This document shows, one piece after another, positions 27,684 through 37,238 of a stretch of 64,000 bases of DNA. The position numbers and the translations under genes are program-made. The notes below the pieces were generated by a model that worked only from the letters and a program-made list of their open reading frames with translations, was not told the DNA's origin and searched no databases. This DNA comes from Thermoanaerobaculia bacterium (lineage in GTDB: Bacteria > Acidobacteriota > Thermoanaerobaculia > Multivoradales > SZUA-115). The stretch is taken from NCBI GenBank assembly GCA_044869805.1, contig JBIOXV010000005.1:64034-128033 (forward strand), read 5' to 3'. Positions within the stretch are counted from its first letter, which is position 1. Each line of letters begins with the position of its first letter.

Positions 27684-28517
27684 ATGACCGAGAAGCGCGC
27701 AGCCGGCGCCCCCGCGCCCCCACCGCGTCCGGTCGCGGCTCACGTCGAGGCCGCAATGGGGCGGCGGATCCAGGCCAAGGCCGCGGGGCAGGAGAAGACA
27801 CAGTCCGTGCAAGCCGCCGCGGCCCACGTGCAGCGCGCGATCTCGGCCGCCGCTCAGGCAAGGTTGCCGCACCAGGAAAGGGCGGCGCCGACGAGGACCC
27901 CTTCCCCCCACGTCCAGCGCGCGACCGCGCCGCCCCAGCCCAGGTTCGGCACCGCGGCGAGCGTTCAGCCAACGGCGGGCGGCTCCGCGCGATCGCTTGC
28001 GCCCCATCGCCAAGTGCAACCTCTGCCTGTCCGGTCAGCCGGAACCGTCCAGAGGGCACAAAAGCCTAGCTGGGACGAGTTCACCAACAAAGGAAGCAAA
28101 GCGCCGCCAAAGGTGGCGTCGGTGCCATCAAAACACAACCTAAACGCAAAAGACAAAGAGTATTCTCGACTGGCGCGGGATCTGCTGAAAGCTTATGCAG
28201 CAATGACTGACGCAATGATCGACGCGGCCCTAAAAGTGGAATTGAAAGAAGACGAAATGGGCAAGTACAATGCCCAGAGCACGGCCCTGGAAACGGATAG
28301 ACACAACATTGCGGAGGCTTTGGACGCCTATTTCGGCGGGGACGAGTGGGATGGGCAGAAATACGCCGTGCTGGAGGGCATCAACGTATACGGCGAGGAG
28401 TTCAATACCCTCAGGCTCCGCGCGGGCAGCCCTAACGACAGCGATTTCCTTGGCTGGAAGGCCCTCGTGAACCTGCTGAGATTGGTCAAGAGGGGGGAAG
28501 GAAAGTGGATTAGCTAG
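27684..28517 (+). CDS. Hypothetical protein with an abrupt internal GC shift
   Basis: GGAGG 5 nt upstream. The N-terminal 125 aa are an Ala/Pro/Gln-rich low-complexity region at about 72% GC. The C-terminal 150 aa (from about nt 28050) are a Lys/Asp-rich helical domain at about 50% GC. No family recognised. Confidence 0.55.
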   Translation: MTEKRAAGAPAPPPRPVAAHVEAAMGRRIQAKAAGQEKTQSVQAAAAHVQRAISAAAQARLPHQERAAPTRTPSPHVQRATAPPQPRFGTAASVQPTAGGSARSLAPHRQVQPLPVRSAGTVQRAQKPSWDEFTNKGSKAPPKVASVPSKHNLNAKDKEYSRLARDLLKAYAAMTDAMIDAALKVELKEDEMGKYNAQSTALETDRHNIAEALDAYFGGDEWDGQKYAVLEGINVYGEEFNTLRLRAGSPNDSDFLGWKALVNLLRLVKRGEGKWIS

Positions 28518-28591
28518 GGAGCGGATTGAGAGTCAGCGCCCCCACCTTTTCCCCGGCGCGCCCACAGGCTTCGTTCACGCTCTCGAGAAAC

Positions 28592-28609
28592 GGGGCTCTC
28601 GCGAGCCCC
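28592..28609. terminator. Stem-loop between convergent genes (GGGGCTC-tcgc-GAGCCCC)
   Basis: 7-bp GC stem seen in the sequence. Weak U tract on the minus side only. Confidence 0.3.
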
Positions 28610-28635
28610 ACTTCGCATGGCGGAAAGGATCAAAC

Positions 28636-29250
28636 CTAGTACAGGTCCTGGATTCCCGCGCGGTCGTCGTTGGCGAGCGACGCGGGGCCGTTGTTGCAGG
28701 CGGAGACCGAGGGATACATGGTGGCGCCGGAGACGCCGGAGTGGCCGAGGCCCAGCAGGTGGCCGACCTCGTGGGTGTGGATCGCCTCGGTGTAGAACTC
28801 GTTCGAGCAGCTCTCGCCCAGCGACGCCCAGGCGTGCTGCCGGTTGGTGACGATGTCCGCGTCGGTGATGCGGTAGGTGCCGTTCGGGCGCTGCGTGTAG
28901 AAGCCGGTGAAGGTGGCCGCCAGGCAGTTGTTGCGGCAGGCGCCGGTCGGGTCCTGGAAGTTGAGCATCGGGCGGCCGTCGCCCAGCGAGAAGCCGGAGA
29001 TCGAGCCGACGGTGGCCGACAGGCGGGTGCCGGTGCCGGCGCTGTTCCAGGCGAGGATGGCGTTGCGCGTGCGGGTGCGGCCAAGGTCGCCGTCGGTGAT
29101 CGAGGAGTTGCCGCGGCTGTCGACGACGACGTTGGGCGGGCTGTCCCAGGTGCGGCGCGGGGACAGCAGGACGTAGCCCAGCGCGCTGCCGGCCGCCAGC
29201 GTGGCGACCACCGCGAGGGCGAGAAGCGTGCGGATCTTCAGGTTGTTCAT
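28636..29250 (-). CDS. Secreted metzincin (matrixin/M10-like) zinc metalloprotease, minimal catalytic domain
   Basis: Signal peptide. HTHEVGHLLGLGHS is the HExxHxxGxxH motif. A downstream Met-turn (GATMYPS) is present. Confidence 0.8.
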   Translation of the reverse strand: MNNLKIRTLLALAVVATLAAGSALGYVLLSPRRTWDSPPNVVVDSRGNSSITDGDLGRTRTRNAILAWNSAGTGTRLSATVGSISGFSLGDGRPMLNFQDPTGACRNNCLAATFTGFYTQRPNGTYRITDADIVTNRQHAWASLGESCSNEFYTEAIHTHEVGHLLGLGHSGVSGATMYPSVSACNNGPASLANDDRAGIQDLY

Positions 29251-29271
29251 GGTCTTTTGCCCCCTCGTGGA

Positions 29272-29826
29272 TTAGTACTCGAGGCGGCCGGCGCGCCGGG
29301 CCTCAGCAAGGATCGAGTCCTTGAGGTCAGTGAGCAGCACGGTCTTCGCCGCCGGGGCCGGGCGGCCGTCCGGGAACAGCAGGCGGCCGCCGTCGTCCAC
29401 CGTGGGCACGGCCCACTCGAAGCCGGAACGGTCCATCACCAGCCGGAAGTGCCCCTGCTGGTAGCCGGCCACCTTGGCCACGCCGTCCTGCTCGCGCTCC
29501 AGGAACAACAGCACACGCTCGTTGGCGCCGAACCTGGGGAAGCCGTGCGCCTCCACGGTATAGCCGTCCACCGTGCCCCCCCAGGTCTTGACCCGGACCT
29601 GTGAGCCGGGATCGCCCAGCACCGCCTCCTCCACCTCGATCACCGCCTCCGAGACGATGACGCGCCCCTCCGCATCCCAGAACGAGTGCACCTCGAGCAC
29701 CTTGCCCTGCACGATGGCCGCCGCGTCCCGAACCAGCTCCGCGCGCGACATCGCGAGGAAGGTCGAGGCCGTGGCGGGCAAAGCCGCCAGCAGAGCCACG
29801 AGGCAGACTACCGACCAACGCTTCAT
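29272..29826 (-). CDS. Secreted hypothetical protein (184 aa) immediately upstream of the metzincin
   Basis: Start at MKRWSVVCLVALLAALPATAS (signal peptide), inside a longer artefactual track ORF. 21-nt gap to the protease gene. Confidence 0.6.
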   Translation of the reverse strand: MKRWSVVCLVALLAALPATASTFLAMSRAELVRDAAAIVQGKVLEVHSFWDAEGRVIVSEAVIEVEEAVLGDPGSQVRVKTWGGTVDGYTVEAHGFPRFGANERVLLFLEREQDGVAKVAGYQQGHFRLVMDRSGFEWAVPTVDDGGRLLFPDGRPAPAAKTVLLTDLKDSILAEARRAGRLEY

Positions 29827-29990
29827 GAACGACCTCCTTACGCCTCGATCCGAGGCGACACCAGGCCGCTGACCACCAGCGGCCCGATCAGATCCAGGAT
29901 GTGGGGGCTCGAAAGATGTCGGCCTACGAGGGGAGGTGTCCGGCCGGGGTGGAGTGTGACACCCCGGCCGGAGCAGGGGCGGCGAAATCG

Positions 29991-30593
29991 CTACGGCGTG
30001 CGGTCGATGCGCTGGCGCACCGGGTCCGGAATCACGAAGCAGCCGGCGGCGTCGCTCGAGAAGACGACGAAGGAGTCGGCCAGGAACAGGTTGACGCCGT
30101 GCTGGTAGGTGCACTCGACGTAGACGTCGAGGCCCGGGTTGAACGGCGTGCCGCCGTAGTTGTACACCCGCCCCGGAACGCTGTAGACGATCACCCCGCC
30201 CGGAGACGTGGTCACCCCGGTGTTGGGGGCGGCGTCCCATTCCTTGCCCTTGAGCTGCCAGTGATCTCCAGGCACGCAGCAGTCGGAGATGTGGAAGTCG
30301 ACGAAGGTTCCGGCGCCGCAGATGATGCGGAAGCCCTGCACTTCGGCGGGCCCGGCCGAGCGGCAGATCCACTGCTCTCTCCACTGCACCGCCGGGTCGA
30401 GAATCGGGAAGGGGATGCCGGGGAATGGGTTCGGCCCGATAGCGTCCTTGACCGCCGTCGAGAGTGCCGCGTCCACCGACGTGGCATCCTTCGCGTAGTT
30501 GGGCGAGTTCAGAGGGTCCGGCGGCGCGGCGAAGGCCGGGGTTGCGAGAGCCAGGACGAGCAGGCAGAGCAGAGCGAGAGTGCGCTTCGACAT
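29991..30593 (-). CDS. Secreted Cys-rich hypothetical protein (200 aa)
   Basis: Signal peptide MSKRTLALLCLLVLALATPAFA. Seven Cys in the mature part. No family recognised. Confidence 0.6.
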   Translation of the reverse strand: MSKRTLALLCLLVLALATPAFAAPPDPLNSPNYAKDATSVDAALSTAVKDAIGPNPFPGIPFPILDPAVQWREQWICRSAGPAEVQGFRIICGAGTFVDFHISDCCVPGDHWQLKGKEWDAAPNTGVTTSPGGVIVYSVPGRVYNYGGTPFNPGLDVYVECTYQHGVNLFLADSFVVFSSDAAGCFVIPDPVRQRIDRTP

Positions 30594-30781
30594 TGCAGGT
30601 CTCCTTTCGTGAGTTAGCCGGTCAGCAACCGGCGTTGGCCCCTATCTCTCGTAGTACCAGAGACAGAAGAAATGTAGACGAGCGGCTTTTCGCATGAGCG
30701 TTACACATATATGAAACGCAGGAGGCGACAAAAAGAGCCATAATTCGCCGACGGTGATCAGGGAAAGCGAGCTACAATCGT

Positions 30782-30793
30782 GAAAACGTTTTC
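30782..30793. promoter_or_regulatory. 12-nt palindrome GAAAACGTTTTC in the divergent MarR promoter region
   Basis: Perfect inverted repeat about 80 nt upstream of the MarR GTG start, in an AT-richer intergenic region. Confidence 0.25.
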
Positions 30794-30872
30794 CTTGAGA
30801 GCCGGGCGTATGGGCCGACCTGAAGTCCAGGTGGAGCGCTGAGCGCGCGCCCTCTCTTATTCGGAGTCCGAA

Positions 30873-31541
30873 GTGAGCCAGCCAGACTCGCAGCCGCTGA
30901 CTTCCGTTCCCGCCGTCCACTCCACGGGTGCGCGCGTGGCGGTTGGCCTGGCGAAGATCGGGATGGTCCTCCGCAGCCATGCCTGGCAGGAGGGCTTTGC
31001 GCAGGACCTCACACCCACTCAGGGCCAGGTTCTGGCTCACCTCGAGCGCCAGCCTGGCCTGACCCTCAACCAGGTCGCCGACGGGCTCGGCGTGCGCGCC
31101 TCCACGGCCTCCGAGGCCGTGGGCGTGTTGGAAAAGAAGGGGCTGGTCATCAAGCAGCGCCCGCTCGAGGACGCGCGGCGCCTCTCGCTGTCGCTCACCG
31201 AGGCCGGCAAGCGGGAGGCCGCCCGCGTCGCCACCTGGCCGGATTTTCTGGCGCAGGTGGTCGAAGGCCTCTCCGAGGAGGAGCAGGGCGTGCTGCTGCG
31301 CCTGGTGCAGCGCATGATCCGCGAGCTGCAGCTCCGGGGCGAGGTCCCGGTGAGCCGCATGTGCTCGACCTGCCGGTACTTCCGCCCCTATGTCCACGAC
31401 GACGCCCGCAACCCCCACCACTGCGCCTACGTGAACCTGCCGTTCGGCAACCCTGACCTGCGCATGGACTGCCCCGAGCAGGATCCGGCGACGGGTGCCG
31501 AGGCGGACGCCGCCTGGGAGCGCTTCGCTGGCGTCGGCTAG
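30873..31541 (+). CDS. MarR-family regulator with C-terminal Cys/His-rich extension
   Basis: MarR wHTH (LTPTQGQVLAHLERQPGLTLNQVADGLGVRASTASEAVGVLEKKGLV). C-terminal 60 aa contain C-x2-C ... HHC ... C (CSTCRYF...HHCAY...MDCPE). Confidence 0.75.
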   Translation: MSQPDSQPLTSVPAVHSTGARVAVGLAKIGMVLRSHAWQEGFAQDLTPTQGQVLAHLERQPGLTLNQVADGLGVRASTASEAVGVLEKKGLVIKQRPLEDARRLSLSLTEAGKREAARVATWPDFLAQVVEGLSEEEQGVLLRLVQRMIRELQLRGEVPVSRMCSTCRYFRPYVHDDARNPHHCAYVNLPFGNPDLRMDCPEQDPATGAEADAAWERFAGVG

Positions 31542-32941
31542 CTGGGGGCGGGCGGGCGTAGCGGCGCGAGCGCCGCTGCCAGGTCGCTGCGGATCAGCTC
31601 GAAGAAGGTGCGGCTGCCTCTGGTGTTCCAGTGCATGTCGCCGCGCGGCATGAAGAACGAGCGGCCTTCCCGCGCGTGACGCTCGGCCATCGCCGCCGTG
31701 GGATCGAAGCAGGTGATGCCGCGCTCGCGGCAAAAGCGGGCCAGCCGCCGGTTGGCAGCCATCAGATCGAAGCGCCGGGGCTCGAGCCCGTAGCCCGCGA
31801 CCGTCGCCTGCCAGTCCGCGGGCTGGAGCTGGTAGCGCTGGGCGTGGACGGCGAGGAGGAAGCGCGCCCCGTGCGCCCGGCAGCGCTCGTCGTAGGCCGC
31901 GAGCAGCGCGAACAGCAGCTCGTAGGCGCGCTCGGTCTCGGGCGGCGCCGGCTCGAGGTACATGCCGAGGCCGTTGCCGTCGAAGAGCCGCGGCCTCGCG
32001 TACTCGTTCCAGATCGAGAGGATCGGGTAGGCGGTGGCGCGGTCTCGGCGGTCGGCCGCCGCCTGGCGCACGAAGCGCAGCAGGTGGAACCGCGACTCGA
32101 GGGCCGAGGGCGGCCCGGGCGCGGGCACCGCCGGCGGGCCGGGGCCAGGGCCTGAGAGCGCCTCCGGCGGCAGCAGCGGCTGCTCGACCCTGGCGAGGCT
32201 CGCCGGCCGGTCGGCGTCCGGGTTGAGCACCAGCGCCGGCGCGGAGCCCGGCGGCTCGAGGCGATAGTGCCCGCTGGCGCCGAGGTTGAAGTAGACCTGG
32301 GCGATGTCGTTGCCCAGGGTGAGGCCGAGCATCACCACCTGCGGCTCGAAGGCGAGCCCGTGACGCTCGAGGTAGTAGAGGCCGGTCGCCGGTTCCTCGA
32401 TCGCGGCGACCAGGACTTCGGCGCCCGGGAAGCTGCCCTCGCCGCCGAGCCAGGCCTCGACCTGCGCCGGCACGGTGTCCTCCTGGCCGAGCCGGTGCCC
32501 GACGACGAAAGAGTCGCCGAGCGCGAGGATGCGCAGCACTCCAGGTGGCCGCCGGCGCGCGTACTCGCGCCGGCTCCTGAAGCCGAGCGAGTTGTGGACC
32601 CACTCGACCGGCCTCCCCAGCTCGTCGGTGACCAGGCCCGAGAAGCCGGGGGCGAGGAAGCCGGCGTCGCCGAGCTCGCCGGTGCGGAAGGCGCTCGCCT
32701 GATACGCCTCTTCGTAGCGCGAGCGGCGCTGCTCGCCGATCGCGTGCCGGCGTTCCTGAAAGCGCACCCCGAGCTCGGCGAGGCCGAGCCCGGCGGCGAG
32801 AGAGAGGAGAACGGCCGAGACTGCGTAGAGCCGGCGGCGGCGCGATGGGCGCGGCTCGAGGTCCGGCGCCGCGCCGCGGGTCTCGCTCGAGAATGCCGTG
32901 GCGTGGGTCCTCGGGAGCTCGGCGCCTGGTTTCACGTGCAT
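31538..32941 (-). CDS. Membrane-anchored SGNH/GDSL-family hydrolase
   Basis: N-terminal TM. GDS block LALGDSFVVG. C-terminal DMHWNTRG (DxxH). Confidence 0.7.
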   Translation of the reverse strand: MHVKPGAELPRTHATAFSSETRGAAPDLEPRPSRRRRLYAVSAVLLSLAAGLGLAELGVRFQERRHAIGEQRRSRYEEAYQASAFRTGELGDAGFLAPGFSGLVTDELGRPVEWVHNSLGFRSRREYARRRPPGVLRILALGDSFVVGHRLGQEDTVPAQVEAWLGGEGSFPGAEVLVAAIEEPATGLYYLERHGLAFEPQVVMLGLTLGNDIAQVYFNLGASGHYRLEPPGSAPALVLNPDADRPASLARVEQPLLPPEALSGPGPGPPAVPAPGPPSALESRFHLLRFVRQAAADRRDRATAYPILSIWNEYARPRLFDGNGLGMYLEPAPPETERAYELLFALLAAYDERCRAHGARFLLAVHAQRYQLQPADWQATVAGYGLEPRRFDLMAANRRLARFCRERGITCFDPTAAMAERHAREGRSFFMPRGDMHWNTRGSRTFFELIRSDLAAALAPLRPPAPS

Positions 32942-33000
32942 GTGCGAACGCCGGAGCTTCGGCTCCGCGCGGCGGATGATAGCAGTGCCTCCGTGGCAAG

Positions 33001-34245
<1,245 letters not shown>

Positions 34246-34320
34246 GGCGACGCGCGAGCGCACGTCGCTCCCTGCTTTGGCATCGCCCTTGCTCGTACTC
34301 CCCTGCGGGAGGAACGCTCC

Positions 34321-35169
34321 ATGAAGAACTCCAGAGACCGCCGTTTGTTCCTCGTTGCGCTCCTCGTCTCGACTCTGCTGGCGGCCGGCGGCTGCTCTCG
34401 CAGGGCCGGTGACGCGGCGAGCTCCGACCAGCAGGCGGCGCTCGATGCGCAGGCGCTAGCCCAGCGCGAAGCCGAGCTCGAGCGCCGGGAAAAAGAGATC
34501 GCCGCCAAGGAAGAGGCCGCGCGGCAGGCCGCCGCGCTCGAGGCGCGCGACCGCGAGCTCGACCGCCGCGAGCGCGAGCTCGGCGAGGCCGAGCGCATCG
34601 TCCAGACACCCAACCCGCCTCCGCCGCCGCCCGCGCCGCGCTACGCCACGGTTCCCGCCGGCACCGGCGTCGAGATCGAGTTCCTCGATGGCGTTTCGAG
34701 CCGCCTCAGCGGCCCTGGCGATCGCTTCGCGGCGCGCGTGACGCGCAATGTCGTGGTGGACGGCGAGGTCGCCATTCCTGCGGGCGCCAAGGTTCGCGGC
34801 ACGGTGACCGAGGCCGTGTCGCTCAAGAAGATCGGCGGCCGCGCGCGCCTGGGGCTCGACTTCGAGCAGCTCGTGCTGCCGTCCGGCGGCTCGGTGCCGA
34901 TCGCCGCCAACTTCGCCACGGCCGGCCGTAGCGAGACCGGGCGCGATGCGGCGACCATCGGCGGCGCCGCGGCCGGCGGCGCGGTGCTCGGCCGTGCCAC
35001 CGGGGGCAGGGACGACCGCGACCGCAACACCGTGCTGGGCGCGATCGTGGGCGCCGCCGTCGGCACCGCCGTCGCCTCCCGCACCGCGGGCAAGGAGGTC
35101 GAGATCCCGGCCGGCACGGTGATCGACATCGTGCTCGACGCCCCGGTCGAGGTGCGGTTGCGAAGATGA
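34321..35169 (+). CDS. Lipoprotein with coiled-coil and Gly-zipper-like C-terminal domain
   Basis: Lipobox LAAGGCS. E/R/A-rich coiled coil. Poly-Pro linker. C-terminal Gly/Ala-rich segment (GGAAAGGAVLGRATGG...GAIVGAAVGTAVA). Confidence 0.65.
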   Translation: MKNSRDRRLFLVALLVSTLLAAGGCSRRAGDAASSDQQAALDAQALAQREAELERREKEIAAKEEAARQAAALEARDRELDRRERELGEAERIVQTPNPPPPPPAPRYATVPAGTGVEIEFLDGVSSRLSGPGDRFAARVTRNVVVDGEVAIPAGAKVRGTVTEAVSLKKIGGRARLGLDFEQLVLPSGGSVPIAANFATAGRSETGRDAATIGGAAAGGAVLGRATGGRDDRDRNTVLGAIVGAAVGTAVASRTAGKEVEIPAGTVIDIVLDAPVEVRLRR

Positions 35170-35228
35170 GGGCAGGAAAAAACTGCTGACTACCAGGAGC
35201 GCCTACGAATCCGCCGCAGCAGGTTTCG

Positions 35229-36488
35229 TTAGGCACTCCTGGTCAGTGAGATCTCCGCCGCCAGTCCATCGGCCACCGCCAGGCCTTTCATAGTGAGCGC
35301 CAGGCGGCCCCCGGTCAGGGTGAGGAGACCCTGGCCGGCAAGCCGCGAGAAGCGCTCGCCGTTCGCCGCCTCGAGATCGAAGCCGTGGCGGCCACGGAAG
35401 GCCGCGAGGTCGATGCCTGCCGCCGTCCGCAACCCCAGCATCAGCGCTTCGAGCGCGAGCTGCTCGTGGGTGAGCGTCTCCCCTCCGGCGATGGGGCGGT
35501 TTCCGTCCTCGACCTGCTGCGTGTAGGCGCCCAGGTTGCGCTCGTTCCAGAAGCGGCGCCGGCCGTCGAAGGAGTGCGCGGAGGGACCGAGGCCGAGGTA
35601 GGCAGTGTGGTCCCAGTACTTGGCGTTGTGCCGTGAGCGATGCGCCTCGCCGGCCGCGAAGTTGGAAACCTCGTAAGCCGGGTACCCCGCGGCGGCCAGC
35701 AGCTCGTGGGTGAAGACGAAGCGCTCCGCCTGCTGGGGCTCGGGCATCTCGTGCAGCCGGCCCCGCTCCCGCTGCCGGCCGAACGGCGTTCCCTCGTTGA
35801 CCGTGAGCTGATAGCAGGACAGGTGCTCTGGCGCGAGAGCGATGGCGGTTTCCATGCTGCGCCGCCAGGCCGCGCGCTCCTGGCCCGGCAGGCCGTAGAT
35901 CAGGTCCACCGAGACGGTATCGAACCCCGCACCGAGCGCCAGCTCGACGGCCCCTCGCGCCTCGGCCGCGCTGTGCCGGCGGCCCAGGAAATGCAGCTCG
36001 GCGTCGTCGAACGACTGCACGCCGAGCGAGAGCGTGCGCACCCCCAGCCGCCGCCACGCGGCGAGCGACGCGGGTGAAACGTCCTCCGGGTTGGCTTCGA
36101 GGAAGATCCAGGCGTCCACCCGCGCGCCGAGCTTCTCGCGCGCTGCCGCCAGAACCCGCGCCAGCTCCTCCTCCGCCAGCAGCGAGGGCGTGCCGCCCCC
36201 GAAGTAGAGGGTGTCGAACGGCTGCGCCTCCCCCGCGGCCAGCTCGATCTCCGCCAGCAGCGTCTCGACGAACCTCCCCCGCCGCGCCGCGCTCCCCTTC
36301 ACCACCGCGAAGTCACAGTACGGGCAGATCGCCGAGCAGAACGGGACGTGGACGTAGAGGCCGGGGGCGGGAGCAGAAGCCTCGCTCACGACGGAGATCG
36401 TATCGAGTCGCAAGCCTCCTGGTTTGACGGTGCTGCGCGAAGAGACCAGACAGGAGCTGCCAGCCTCGATTGCCCCGTCTGTGGCCAT
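35229..36488 (-). CDS. hemW: Radical-SAM heme chaperone HemW (HemN-like oxygen-independent coproporphyrinogen oxidase family)
   Basis: CSAICPYC radical-SAM motif and YFGGGTPS. C-terminal HemN_C region. The true start may be an internal GTG about 33 codons in. Confidence 0.8.
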   Translation of the reverse strand: MATDGAIEAGSSCLVSSRSTVKPGGLRLDTISVVSEASAPAPGLYVHVPFCSAICPYCDFAVVKGSAARRGRFVETLLAEIELAAGEAQPFDTLYFGGGTPSLLAEEELARVLAAAREKLGARVDAWIFLEANPEDVSPASLAAWRRLGVRTLSLGVQSFDDAELHFLGRRHSAAEARGAVELALGAGFDTVSVDLIYGLPGQERAAWRRSMETAIALAPEHLSCYQLTVNEGTPFGRQRERGRLHEMPEPQQAERFVFTHELLAAAGYPAYEVSNFAAGEAHRSRHNAKYWDHTAYLGLGPSAHSFDGRRRFWNERNLGAYTQQVEDGNRPIAGGETLTHEQLALEALMLGLRTAAGIDLAAFRGRHGFDLEAANGERFSRLAGQGLLTLTGGRLALTMKGLAVADGLAAEISLTRSA

Positions 36489-36575
36489 GACATCGCTGTC
36501 CCTGCGCAGGCGCCCCGGCTTCGATGCCGGCCCTTCTCCTGGTAGGATTCACGGAGAATAGACGAGGTAAGGTGA

Positions 36576-36827
36576 ATGGAAATCGCACGGATCACCACCA
36601 AAGGTCAGGTCACCATCCCAAAGGCGATCCGCGAGCGGCTGCGGGCCAAGCAGGGCGACTTGCTGGTGTTCGAGCTGACGGACAAGGGTGGGGTTACCCT
36701 GCGCGCCGTAGAGCAGAAGCCGCTGGCAGAGCTCTACGGAGCCCTGGCGGCGACTCGTCCGTTTCCCGGGAAGGCAGCCGTCCGCGACGAGGTGGGCAAG
36801 AAGCTGGGTGAGCGGCGGCGGCGATGA
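36576..36827 (+). CDS. vapB: Type II antitoxin, AbrB/SpoVT family (VapB)
   Basis: MEIARITTKGQVTIPKAIRERL... 4-nt overlap with the downstream PIN gene. Confidence 0.8.
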   Translation: MEIARITTKGQVTIPKAIRERLRAKQGDLLVFELTDKGGVTLRAVEQKPLAELYGALAATRPFPGKAAVRDEVGKKLGERRRR

Positions 36828-37231
36828 ATCGGCTGTGGGTCGATGCCAATGTCCTGCTCCGCTACCTGACGGGAGAGCCTCCAGCTCAAGCGGCAAGGGC
36901 GGCGCGTCTGATGGCGCGAGCCGAGGCCGGTGACGTGAGCATCTATGTCGCCCCGCTGGTGCTGGCGGAGGTGGTGTGGGTGCTCAAGTCCTTCTACGGG
37001 CATCCCATGACGGTGATCCGGGAGACCCTCGTGCCCCTGGTCGGCGCCCCGGGGATCGAGGTGGACGACGTCGCGATCGTGGTCGAGGCCCTGGAGCTGG
37101 CCGCCGACCGCAACGTGGACTTCATCGACGCCTTCCTCGCCGTCCAGGCCGCCGCGGCCGGCGAAACCGTCTGCACCTTCGACGTCAAGGACTTCAGACG
37201 CCTTCCTGCGACCTGGGTCGCCCCAGAGTAG
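36824..37231 (+). CDS. vapC: PIN-domain toxin VapC
   Basis: MNRLWVDANVLLRYL...FIDAFL PIN motifs. Confidence 0.8.
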   Translation: MNRLWVDANVLLRYLTGEPPAQAARAARLMARAEAGDVSIYVAPLVLAEVVWVLKSFYGHPMTVIRETLVPLVGAPGIEVDDVAIVVEALELAADRNVDFIDAFLAVQAAAAGETVCTFDVKDFRRLPATWVAPE

Positions 37232-37238
37232 GCTCGCC

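Noticed and set aside
26677-27687. Alternative 336-aa frame over the ABC remnant
   Set aside because: No ABC motifs and Arg-rich. The frame-2 ORF carries Walker A, signature and Walker B.
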